Assembly: GCA_964016885.1 (NCBI GenBank)
Contig: OZ024741.1
Coordinates: forward strand, 81,282,001-81,346,000
Direction: 5' to 3'
DNA from: Eledone cirrhosa
Lineage: Eukaryota
DNA length: 64,000 nucleotides
Shown: positions 52,421-64,000 of the stretch, in pieces
How the letters are laid out: each line of letters starts with the position of its first letter
How positions within the stretch are numbered: position 1 is the stretch's first letter
Position numbers and translations under genes: made by a program
The notes under the pieces: generated by a model
What the model was told of the DNA's origin: nothing
Database searches by the model: none
What the model saw: only the letters and a program-made list of their open reading frames with translations

Positions 52421-53446
52421 TGAGTGTGTGTATAATATATATATTGTTTCATAAGTAGCATTGGAAGACAGAAGCAAGATGGCCGCCACATTCTGTCCTG
52501 TCAGCAATAGTTGATGATTATCGTTCCAGACACACAGGTGCCAACATAACAAACACACACATCTACTCGAGAAACTCACACACAGTTAGGGGAGACTTTA
52601 AAAGCAGCTTCAGTAATGAAGTTTCCTAATTGTCTGCTCTTATGGTACAAACCATGTCATTACCATACATAAAGGGACCAAACTACTGTTAAGTATACTA
52701 TTTTTTTTTTCTTTTTTCCCTAGAACCAAATATAACGTGACTTCTTTTTCTTTTTATTGATCGATAGTAATTCAATAGTTAGACATATTTTGTAGCTGCC
52801 ATCTACCAAGAATTACCAGAGGGCTAACAACAGAAAATAACTGAATAGCATAAATATTAACGCTTTCATTAGCCATATTTCTAATGACAGACAGCGCCTA
52901 TGATTTATAATTAATTTTGAAAATATTCAAGAATTTGAAGGGATTATGTATATAGTAATACAGCTTTCTCATTAAATTGGTGTTTGGAACACAACTTCAC
53001 AAAGGTTCTAAGATGAAATTATGATGAAAGGTCTTTTGATAAATATAAACACTTCAACCCTTTCATTACATTTCATTACTATATTTATATATATAGTAAA
53101 GTAGCTTTCTAATTAAGCTGGTGTCTGGAACATAACTTGACAAAAGTGTTTAGATAAAATGATGGTGATAGATCTTTCGATAAATATAAACACTAACACT
53201 TTCATTACTACATTTCTATTAAAAGACTGCTTATAATTTTCAAATCATCTTCAGAATTAAAAATTTGGATGGATTTAATGAAACTACTGTATATACTTGA
53301 ATATATGCTGACCTCATATTTTATGTCTAAGAAATAGGTAAAAATCCAAACCCTGTCTATAAGCCACGGCAGGTAATCAACACATTATGTTTAGAAGGTG
53401 CAGATTTAAAATTCTCATGAATGGAGAACATATTTATGAAGTTTTG

Positions 53447-54726
53447 ATCAAAAGGCCTTAAAATTAACCTGTCTAAGACTAAAGTTCTAGTTTGCAGGAA
53501 GGAAAATAGGGCACTGGTCCCATCTGGGAAATGGCCATGCTCAGTGTGTAGGAAAGGAGTAGGCAGAAACTCCATTTTATGTCCCAAATGCAAAGTATGG
53601 GTGCATAAAAGATGCAGTGGGATCACAGGTAAGCTAACTAAGAATATAGATTTTATATGTGGCCGGTGCTCAGGTGCAATAAGTAGCAGCAAGTGCCCAC
53701 AGAATACTAGCTCATTCCATTGCACAGATGGTTCTATAGAAATAGTGGACACCTTCCGTTACCTGGGTGACAAAATCAGCAGTGGTGGAGGGTGCTCTGA
53801 AAGTACAGTAGCTAGAGTCAGAACGGGATGGAAAAAGTTCAGAGAGCTTATACCACTATTGGCCGCTAAAGGTTTCTCTCTAAAAATGAAAGGCAGGCTG
53901 TGTGATGCCTGCATACGAACAGCAATGTTACATGGCAGTGAGACTTGGGCATTGTGTGCAGAGGATATACGCAGACTGGAGAGGAACGAAGCTTGCATGC
54001 TCCGTTGGATGTGTAATAGTAACATTCGTGAACGGCAAAGCATAAATGAACTAAGGGAGAAATTAGGAATAAGAGGGATCAGATATTGTTTACTCGAGAG
54101 AAGACTATGTTGGTATGGTCACGTTGGTATGGTCATGTGATGCGCATGAAAGACGACAGCTGTATAAAAAAGTGCAGGGCGATAAAAATAGACGCTAGCC
54201 ACTGAGTAGGCAGACCCAGAAAAACCTGGGATGACTTGATAAATTCCGACCTCACACACTTACACCTCTCCAAGACAATGTCACTGGACCGAGATCTTTG
54301 GCGCTACACAGTAATACAGAAGACCCGCCTTGCCTAAGTACAAAGCGAAACCTACGGTCAGTAGGCACCTCTTAACAAAAATACACCCCCGTCCCACTAC
54401 CCCACCCCATCCACACCACTCCTTTTGATGTAAAGTTATGTTGGTACCACAACATCCAGTCCGAAATAAATGAGGTCGTGTAGGTGTCACGACAAAAAAA
54501 CACAGTCCACGCTGTAATGTGGCCGTGTAGGTAACACAGTAAAAACCTCCCAGTCCACACTGTAAACGTGGTTGGTGTTAGGAAAGGCATCCAGCCGTAG
54601 AAAACCCGCCAGACAGTCCTATACGAGCAAGACAACCAATCTTGCCTCAAGTGGGAAAATTCCCGTCCAAACCCATGCAAGCGTGGAAGATGGACGTTAA
54701 ACGATGATGATGATGATGATGATGAT
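53447..54726 (+). mobile_element. RTE LINE, 5'-truncated
   Basis: ORF 53544..54140 with PHD-like finger; 14-bp duplication near 54110-54137; full 3' UTR and GAT tail. Confidence 0.96.
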
Positions 54727-55459
54727 ATTTTAATATTTAACATGTTTTAAGTGTCCTTTTAGGGTATAGAGTTTGTTTCACAACTCCATTACAAAATGCT
54801 TTTTAACCAATTTCCGATGGTTATGAAGGCCGTATTCATTCAAGAGATAAAAAAAAAACAATAGAAACAAATTTCACCTCCAAAGTGAAACCTATGTAAT
54901 ATTCACTTCAAAGGTGAAACAGGTGTGATATTTACATTTTATACAAGTATATACAAATCAAACAGCCATCTGGAGCATAGTCTAGTAAAGATCTTTCCAT
55001 AAAATTATGATGAATGGTTTAGATTAACACTTTAATACAGTTTTGTATCATAAGATATCTAGCATACTATACAGAGACACTATATGGTTGCATGACCATC
55101 TAGAAATAGTGGCCAAATCTACCTCAACAAGTAGTGTTTCTGTTTACCAAAGTCTTACACATAAAGCTTGGGTCAATCCCAAGCTATAGAAAACATACAT
55201 ACTCAAATGTGTGTGTGTGTGCATGTGCATGCATGCGTGCACATATACATTTTAAAGAAATTCTTATATTACATTTCCATTCTGGGGAGAGGCTCCATAA
55301 AAGTGGTTCCTAGCCTCTGTTACTGAGATGACCTAATTAGTAGTGGAGGAGTTGCTCTCAAAACATAGTAGCTAAAGTAAAAAAGTGGTGAGGTACTACA
55401 TCTGTTAGGAACAAAGAGATTCTCTCTCTGAGCAAATGGTAAATTGAACGATGCCTATG

Positions 55460-55890
55460 ACAGAAGTGCAATGCTGCATACAGTGAGATATAGTTGGTGA
55501 ATGCAAAAGATATGCAAAGGCTGGAAATCAATCATGCTCCATTGAATATGTAATGTTAGTGTGCATGGATGAGCTGCAAGAAAAGATCCGGGCATAAGAG
55601 GGATTAGAAGTGAAGATTGCACTGGTTCAAACATGTAATGTCTAAAGATGATGATCGGTGAGTGAAGAATTGCCAGGAGTTCAAAGTGGAGGGAAGCCAT
55701 GGAAGAGGACAACAAAAAATACCTGGGCGGAAGTGGTGAAGTTTTCTAATTGTCTACTTTTATGGTACAAACTGACCACAAGATGATAAACTTCTCAAAG
55801 GAAAGAAATGAGTGAAGAATTACTGTGCTGAAGAAGACTTGCCTAACCCATGCAAGCATAGAAAAACATACATAATGACAATGATGATAG
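55460..55890 (+). mobile_element. Strongly decayed RTE 3' end
   Basis: GCAATGCTGCAT..AGTGAGA, ACCTGGGCGGAAGTGGTG, AACCCATGCAAGCAT..GATGAT. Confidence 0.7.
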
Positions 55891-56044
55891 CTAAAAAATA
55901 TAAACTGAAATAAAAGTCCAAACTTCTATCAATAGGCTATGTTGTGTTAAAATGATATGGGATAGTCACACTGGGTTAAGTAATTGCTATGGCAATAGTA
56001 TGGTAATCTGTACAAATAGATAAAACATGGAGACACTGACTGCC

Positions 56045-56272
56045 AATGATAGTGATCATGGTGATGATTATAATGATGGTGGGAGTGACGATTGCAGTAA
56101 TGGTGATGATAGCGGTGTTGGTAGAAATAATGGTGGTAGTGGTCGTGATGATAAAGGTAATAATGGTGGTAATGTTGGTGGTGGTAATATTGGTAGTGGT
56201 GGTAATGATGATGATGATGATAAGGAGAAGAATGATGCTGGTGATGAAGATTGTGATGATGATAAGTACATC
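56045..56272. repeat. (GAT/GGT/AAT)n low-complexity tract
   Basis: Direct reading. Confidence 0.85.
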
Positions 56273-57050
56273 TTTTGATGCAGACAGAGACATTATTAAC
56301 AAGCAAAATGTCACCCATCTCCAACCTATCCACACAGACACACACACATTTCCCTAATGAGGAAATAGGTGATTCCAATCTTCTGAAGTTTTATGAGAAA
56401 AACTGCATCTATTTTGTAAATAGACATATGTACTCAAAGATATGAAATTGAGGAAATACACACATGAACAGCAGAAATACTAGTATAACTGGATTTTGTT
56501 GTTATGGCTCACACCTATCTAGGTTCAGTCAGTCTTCAACGCAATTGTTTCTCATAGGTTTTGGGGATGTTTTAATCATTCTGATAGTAAACTGCTTGAA
56601 ACTGCCTCTGGTTCTATGATAAAATTCTGTTTATTTTGAAGTGTTTATATTTAACTAAATTTCGTCCATCATAACTTTATGTGAGGTCCTTATGATCCAA
56701 ACACCAGCTTCATTAAGAGAAAGTTATGCAAATTCTTGAATATTTTAAAAATTATTTGCAAATGATAACCACTAGCTTTCATTAGAAATATGGTAATGAA
56801 AGAACTAATGATAGGGGCTTCAGTCTTATATTGCAAGTTGTATGATTGCTTTATTTTACCTATTTTTTTCTTTGCTTATTTGGAAGTGGAAGCATAGCAC
56901 TCTTGACCTCTATCCATGTCCACTAGTCACACATACTGGCTGATGCGACTACATAGATAAATGCCCTCATAGCGAGTCTTCCTCATGGTTTTTGTGGTTG
57001 TATATTGGTGCCTTCATTGACTTAACTATCATTCTCTGTTCCTTATACAA

Positions 57051-57365
57051 TATGTTGTTATGGCTATACCTGCACAAATTTAGCTAACCTCCTATAAGGT
57101 TTCATCTCATAAGGTTTTCTTCAGTGTTTTAACAATAGGCAGCCCAGTCCTTTACTATATTGTTACAACTCACACTTTCACAGGTTTAGCTAACCACCTA
57201 TAAGGTTGCATCTCATAAGAAGTTTCTTGTGTGTTTTAATAATCAAAGCTCCAGTCCTATGTTATATGTTGTAATGGCTCAGATTTTCACAGGTTTAACT
57301 GGTCTCCAATAAGGGTGCATCTCATAAGAGGTTTCTTGGGTGTTTTAATAATAAGAGCCCCAGTC
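57051..57365. repeat. Diverged tandem repeat, ~3 x 107-109 bp
   Basis: ATAAGG..CATCTCATAAG..GTGTTTTAA..CCAGTC recurs near 57100, 57207 and 57316. Confidence 0.9.
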
Positions 57366-57616
57366 ATCTGCCACATCACATATGAGGCAGCTGAAAGTCT
57401 CAAAGCAATTTGTCTCCTCATACAGCAAGCAGCAAAATAGTAGAAATGAAATCTACACTAATTGGAGGCATGTGCCAATATCTTTATTTATTTTATATTG
57501 CCAAAAACTGTGGCAGGTTCCCAGCTGGAAATATTGTGCTTTGCTCCAAGCCTATGTATGAATTTGTACATCATATTCAAGATGAAAATAAAATTTAAAA
57601 AATAAGTAACACAGGC

Positions 57617-57775
57617 ATAGATATGGCTGTGTAGTTATAGAGTTGACTTCACAACCACATAGCTTCAGGTACAGTTCTGCGGTGTGGCAGCTTGGGCAAC
57701 TGTCCTCTACCATAGCTTTGGGTTGGCCAATGCTTTGTGAATAGAATTTGGTAAGACAAAAGCTGTCAAAAAGCC
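57617..57775 (+). mobile_element. Decayed third SINE family head
   Basis: TGGCTGTGTAGTTA..CTTCACAACCAC..TTGGGCAACTGTCCTCTAC; related to the element starting at 60893. Confidence 0.65.
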
Positions 57776-59286
57776 ATCATTATATATATATAATGAAATC
57801 CACCCAGCTTATGCTGACCAGGACTACCATGTTGCTTGTTTATTTCCTTTCTTTGGTTTGTTTTTATCCTTCTATGTTGTTCACTTGTCCCCCTCGCTTT
57901 ATGCGATTACTGGTCCCAATAACTTTTTTTAGATTATTGCTCGCACCAACCTGAGGTATCTGATTTTTAATGCGATGAAATACCAATGATTGTTGGAAAA
58001 TCACTGACGAAGGACTATTTTTATCATATGTAACCCATGTGCAAACCACGCAGTATTCTTCTTTCTTCTCATGTTTTTTATATATATATATATATATTTC
58101 TGTGTTTATATTTATTGTTTATGTCCTATAACTTAGCAGTTTGACAAAAAATATTGATAAAATAAGTATCAGGTTTGGAAAAGAAAAGAACTAGGGTCAA
58201 TATGACCAACTAAATCACATCAAAGTGGTGCCTCAATGAGTGAAACAAACAAAAGACTAAAAAAAGTGCCAAAAGAAAAACTGAAAAAAAAGCCACCCCT
58301 GCACTCCTAAGAACACCCATTCATTAGAGATAGTTAGCCTCCTCCCATTCCCTGCTCTTTCTTCCTGTTTTATTGCTGAATCCAATACAGTAGTTATTAA
58401 TACTTGCGGTGCGGTGTGGTGTTGTGTGCACCTTTTGCAATGCAGGTATTAATTAAGATTCGTTAACATTAACATGCAAACAATCAATCAAAATGCCGGA
58501 AGAAACATTATGAAACAGTCAACAAATAAGAGCAGACATTTTCAGTGAGTGATTGTGGAAACAGAAACAACAGGAGGTGAGTCCACAGAAGGCACTAAAG
58601 AGCAATAAATAGAAGAGGATGGGGAGAATGATAGAGAGAACAAAAGAGAGAAAAGGCACAAGGGTGTAATTAACTGGAAGAGGGGGTCAGAAAAAGAGAA
58701 AAACAGAGAGAATGAGGGCGAGAAACAGACAGGACAGAGAGAAAAAGAAAGAGACAGCTAGAAAGAATGAGAAAGCCAAAGTAAAAACAAGAGAAAGGAA
58801 GAACTCAGAAGAGAAGGACACAGAACATAAGTGAGAGAAAGAGAGAACAAATAAAAGAAAGAAGGAACAAACAACAGGAAAGAAAAAAATAACAAATGAT
58901 TTTTATTCATTTTTTTTGTAAACCCAAACAAAAATTAAAATATTGAAATTACAGAGCCAGAAGCAGAGAGGAGTTATAAATAAATTAGGCAATTCCAAAA
59001 TTGTGGGTTAGCTCAACATTTGAGAATCTAACCAGTGGGAAGCAAACAACTCTTTTTAATAAAAAAAAAAACTCATTTACAGGTCTCTGTCATTGGAATG
59101 CAGTCATGCTGGGAAACTACCTTAAAGAGGCTTAGTCAATCATATCAACTCCAGTACTTTGGCTTTTTTTTTCAAGCCTGGGACTTATTTTATCTATTTA
59201 TTTTCAACAAACTGCTAAGTTGTTGGACATAATTTAAACAGACATGCACTCACACACAAACATATATAAATGCGCACACATTATAT

Positions 59287-59636
59287 GGAGGCACATGGCT
59301 TAGTGGTTAGAGCATTGGCCTTGCAATCGAGAGGTTGTGAGTTCAATTCTCAGACCGGGTGATGTGTTGTTTCCTTGAGCAAGACACCTTATTTCACATT
59401 GCTCCAGTTTACTCAGCTGTAGAAATGAGATGATAGGGACTGGGGTCCATATCATTCCACTGCAAAGTGGTCATGGAGGTGCCACGGCAAAAAAAAAAGC
59501 ACCCAGCACTCACTGTAAATGAGGTTGGTGTTAGGAAGGGCATCCAGCTGTAGAAATCAAGCCAGAATCAGTTCCCGTCCCACCCTTGCAAGCAGGGAAA
59601 AAGCGGAAGTAAAAATGAAATGAAATGATGAAATGA
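59287..59636 (+). mobile_element. Full-length tRNA-derived SINE with RTE-type tail
   Basis: A box TGGCTTAGTGG, B box GAGTTCAATTC, core CCTTGAGCAAGACAC, RTE motif GGTGTTAGGAAGGGCATCCAGCTGTAGAAA, (AAATG) tail. Confidence 0.93.
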
Positions 59637-60559
59637 TTATATATATCAATGTTTGTGTGTGTGCTTCATTTTATTATCTTTCTAACTCACATTGTTAGGT
59701 GAATACACAAATGATAAAATAAGCCAAGGTCTATCACCAAACTCAGAGACAACACAGTCAACCATACACAAATACAGTCAGATAACAAAACCAGCACCGC
59801 TCTCCCCTACACACCACCACTACCACCAATCTCCTCTACACAAACCACATCCATGCTTTCCAACACAAATCACCACATTGGCCCCTGATAAAAGTTGGGT
59901 GTAGTATGGCCTGGCTTGACTGTGTGCTACTTTTATCATTAAATGTAGGATATACTTGATAATAAACTATGATGATTATGGTAATAATAAAGATAATAAT
60001 AATGTTTAGCATTGTGGACAAACCACTAAAGCATGTCAGACAGAATTTTTATCTCTTCCACTAAAACGTGAGACAAGGAGAGAATGAATGTGTGTGTGTG
60101 AGGGGGGGGGGGCATGGCTGTGTGTGAGAGGTGGAAAGAGAGAATGAGAGCAAGGGAGTGTGTGTGCATGTAAGAAAGAGAGAGAACTAACGTGAGAGAG
60201 ACCCAATTTGGTCACAAGAAGCAGTGAGCTAAAATCTACAACACACATACAACCAACACATATACACACTTTAACAGTTTCCTAATGCCCAAAACCCCTG
60301 GAAATCAGACAGCTTGCAGCATTGATGTCAAAAATCAATGCTAAAACAACATATTTATTGATTAGTGACGAAAAAAAAAAAATCAATAACAACAATAATA
60401 ATAATAGTGACTTCTACCTTTGGCATAAGACCACAAATTAATCTAGGCAGAGTGGTGGTGGTGGTGATCAAATCATTTTGTTTGATTAGAGTAAGTGATT
60501 GGTTTAGTTGCTTATTTCATCAACATTTGGAAGGATTAAAAGCAGGCGACAGACAGAAG

Positions 60560-60866
60560 GACAGAACCCATGAGCTTTGCAAACCTTTGCAGAAGAAACG
60601 GGGGGGGGGCATATGAGCTTTGCAAGCCTTCAAAGAGGAAGGGGAAGAGCCCATGAGCTTTGCAAGCTGTCACAGAGGGAGGGGCAGAACCTACAAGCTT
60701 TGAAAGCCTTCACAGAATAAGGAGTTTTGTAAGCCTTCACAGAGGAAGGGAGAGGGCTCATAAGCTTCCCAAGCCTTCACAGCAGGAGGGGCAGAACCTA
60801 TGAGCTTTACAAACTTTCACAAAGGGAATGGCAGAGTTCACAAGCTTTGCAAGCCTTCAAACAGAA
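60560..60866. repeat. Minisatellite, ~8 x 40 bp
   Basis: Consensus approximately GAGCTTTGCAAGCCTTCACAGAGGAAGGGGCAGAACCCAT. Confidence 0.92.
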
Positions 60867-60892
60867 GCTGTTGGTAAAAGAAAAAAAAATGC

Positions 60893-61325
60893 TTGGCTTG
60901 GCTGTGTGGTTAAGATGTTCACTTCACAGCTGTGCAGCAGCATTAGGTTCAACCCAAGTAAGTGGCACTTTAGGCAAATGTCTTCAACTATAGCCTCAGA
61001 TTGACCGACGTTAGTTAAAAATTAGTCTGTCCCAAGTCTGGAGGCCCACCAGACTGGAGCTTATCTTGTTCTTATTGGCATTAAATGACAATATATACAT
61101 ATAGTCCATGTCAAGGTAAACAACAATATTGTTCCTGGTACTCATCTTCAGCTGAGTTGACTGGAGCAACATGAAGTATTTTGCTAAAGACCACAATGTA
61201 CCACCTGGTCCAGGAATTTAACACAATATTACAATTGTAAGCTCAACCCTCTAACCACTAGACCACATACCTAGTGGTTGACCAATGTCTTATGAGTGAA
61301 ATTTGGTAGACAGAAACTACGCAGC
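60893..61325. mobile_element. Family-3 SINE interrupted by an opposite-strand SINE (~61010-61272)
   Basis: Head 60893-61007 resumes at ~61278 (TTGACC on both sides); insert has CTGGAGCAACATGAAG..CTCTAACCACTAG. Confidence 0.6.
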
Positions 61326-61904
61326 TTTAAAAAAAAATGTTTATGTCTTGTAATATGGTAGTTCAACAAACAGAGATGATAATATATATACCATACGCAA
61401 CATTAAATATCTTGGAGCTGGTGCACCAGTAGGGCTACAGTACTATGAGAATAAAAGACAAAAAAGAATAGCCAGGAAATTCCAGAGACTTACACTTCCG
61501 GGTTGGTGGGGAGTGGTGGTGGAGGAGGGAGGTTGAGGTGCAGGTGGTGGTGATAGATGCGAGGTGAGGGCGATGATGGTGCAGGAGGAAGGATGATAAT
61601 GCCATGAGGGCATCAGAGGAAGAAATGGTATACTGCCAGTTCATTCAGATGGGAAAGAGGCCATTGTAATAGATATGGTAGAGGTAATGACAAAGTATGT
61701 CTGTTGAGTCTGAGGTTATAGAATGGAAGCCAATTAGCAGAGGGTTGAGTGAACTCTTCAGTTACCTTAAGGATATGACAACCTCTCAAGTGTTGGTGCC
61801 ATGATAAAAAGAACACAGTACACTATGTAGAGCGAGTGGTGTTAGGAACAGCACTCAACCATAGAAACTAAAGCAAGAAGAGTTGCAAGGACTCTTCAGT
61901 TACA

Positions 61905-62140
61905 TTAACCCTTTAGCATTTAAACTGACCATATCCGGCCAGAATTCTCTCACCTCTTTCTGTTCAAACAGCAGTAACCAGCTGCTCATATTTGTGTTAT
62001 GGTGTTGATCTCAAAATAAATAATATTAAAATCTCATAGATTTGATATTAAAAATCTTATAGATTTGATAATTGTGAGGTAAAGCCTTTACCATGAAAAT
62101 ATAATAGTATATAAGACTAATGTAAATACTAATGGGTTAA
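61905..62140. mobile_element. piggyBac-type MITE
   Basis: TTAA|CCCTTTAGCATT...AATACTAATGGG|TTAA; inverted relative of 35440-35645. Confidence 0.8.
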
Positions 62141-63090
62141 GATAACCCCTCTAGTGCTGATGCCACAATAAAATGCACCCAATAAAGTAGTTAGTGTTAA
62201 GAAAGGCATCCAGCTGTAAAAAGCATGCCAAACAAAGTATGTATGTAAGCAACAGAGCTTCCAACCCACCTAGCAAGACAGTAGTTATCATTAAGTACTG
62301 ACAATGGTGATGTTTAGTTTCAGATAAATGCTGATTGAGCTGATATATGATCAAGAGCATTTCAACCATGACCCTCTTCGTTTTTTTAACAAAGGCATGA
62401 AAAACATTGTAGAGAAACAGTTAGACCAGATGTGAGAACCATTATACCTCATTTAATGTGACAACTTGGAGGGGGACAAATGGGGAAAGTCCTTGCAGAT
62501 TCTTTCAATCAATGCTAAAATTTAAAACAAAATGTTAACCCTTTCATTTCCATACTTTTAATGAACACTGCCTGTTATTTTCAAATAACTTTGAAAATGA
62601 TTGCGAATTTAGAAAGCTTTATGTATATAGCTAACTTTCTCATTAACTCCAAACATCCTGTAATGAGTTAGCATAAAATATCTGAAAACAGGTTTGTTTA
62701 TTCAAATGTTTATAGTATGTTTACTAGTGAACAGATTGTAGTGAAAATTGAATTTTTAATGTAATGCAATCATAATGATGTTTTATATTTTTCAGAAAGT
62801 CTTACTGATGCAGTACAGTTTGTTAAGAATTAAGTTGGTGTTTGGAGCATAACTTCAAAGTTCTTTCTTAAAAATATGATGGGATTTTTAAATACCATAT
62901 ATACTAATGCAAAAGTAAACTTTTTGTAGACATTTTTTAATGTTAAATTTATGGAATCAACTATTAATTACATGGATACTACATTTGTGGGGTTGAAATT
63001 CAGACAAACCAAAAAGGACTAACTGAATAAAAACAAAATTTATCTAGGCATCAAAGCACACTTCCTACTATCAAAACACAAATACGGTCA

Positions 63091-63802
63091 CAGAGGAACG
63101 AAGCTTGCATGCTCCGCTGGATGTGTAACAGTAATATACGTGAACGGCAAAGCATAAACGAACTAAGGAAAAAATTAGAGATAAGAGGGATCAGATGTTG
63201 TTTACTCGAGAGAAGGCTGCGTTGGTATGGACACGTGATGCGCATGAAAGTCGATAGCTGTATTACAAAGTGCAGGGCAATAAAGATAGACGGTAGCCAC
63301 GGAATAGGCAGACCTAGAAAAACATGGGATGAGCTGATAAACTCCGACCTCACACACTTACACCTCTCCAAGACAATGTCACTGGACCGTGACCTTTGGC
63401 GGTACTCAGTAACAGAGAAGACCCGCCTTGCCAGTAGGCATCTCTAACAAACTACACCCCGTCCCGCCACCACCACCACCCCATCCACACCACCCCGTTC
63501 TATGTAAAGTTATGTTGGTGCTGCGCCATCCAGGCCGAAACAAATGAGATCGTGTAGGTGTCACGACAAAAAAACACACAGTCCACGCTGTAATGTGGCC
63601 GTGTAGGCAACACGGTAAAAACCTCCCAGACCCACACTGTAAATGTGGTTGGTGTTAGGAAGGGCATCCAACTGTAGAAAACCTGCCAGACAGTCCTATG
63701 CGAGCAAGACAATCACTCTTGCCTCAAGTGGGACTACCCCCGTCCAAACCCATGCAAGAGTGGAACACGGACGTTAAACGTTGATGATGATGATGATGAT
63801 GA
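63091..63802 (+). mobile_element. RTE 3' fragment, young
   Basis: ORF 63109..63447, 3' UTR and GAT tail. Confidence 0.96.
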
Positions 63803-64000
63803 TATACATACACACTCTCATGCAAGCAGGGAAAAGCAGATGTAGGATGATTATATATTTCCAATCACTCTTTTACTCCTTTATACTTGGCAAATTAACT
63901 AAATTTACTACCAGTAACTACATATCAGCTGAGCTTATATAAGAAATGATGGTGTGGTACACTGACCCAGTAATACTTATCTTAATTTCAGCCTAACTGC

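Noticed and set aside
52474-52487. YY1-like motif CAAGATGGCCGCC as a promoter
   Set aside because: Single motif next to RTE debris, with no CpG-rich context or downstream exon
58000-58060. CTGACGA-AGG hammerhead-like start in a TA-flanked island
   Set aside because: No GAAA or stem pairing recoverable
59287-59360. tRNA gene
   Set aside because: A/B boxes are present but there is no proper acceptor stem and it continues into SINE core and tail; multiple dispersed copies
60560-60866. CRISPR array
   Set aside because: Spacers are homologous to each other, no cas genes, eukaryotic context

Overview
AT-rich, repeat-saturated animal genomic DNA. The repeat families (RTE LINEs with (GAT)n tails, tRNA-headed SINEs, very long (TA)n/(TACA)n arrays) look like octopus/coleoid cephalopod sequence; this is an inference. 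I found no host protein-coding exon I can support, and most listed ORFs are microsatellite artefacts or antisense shadows of retroelements. Contents: about 10 copies of an RTE-clade LINE (one near full-length) carrying a PHD-like C4HC3 finger inside the RT region; one CR1-group LINE; a C-terminal GIY-YIG Penelope-like element (PLE); a decayed Naiad-type PLE with N-terminal GIY-YIG; a CRE-like restriction-endonuclease fragment; a decayed Tc1/mariner; piggyBac-type MITEs; several SINE families; tandem repeats. The most striking unannotated signal is a set of short non-coding fold-back (inverted-repeat) elements embedded in (TA)n that carry minimal type I hammerhead ribozyme motifs. One has the full motif on both strands, and they cluster at 45.9-47.4 kb and 5.0-5.3 kb. 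All folds and alignments were done by eye and no searches were run.
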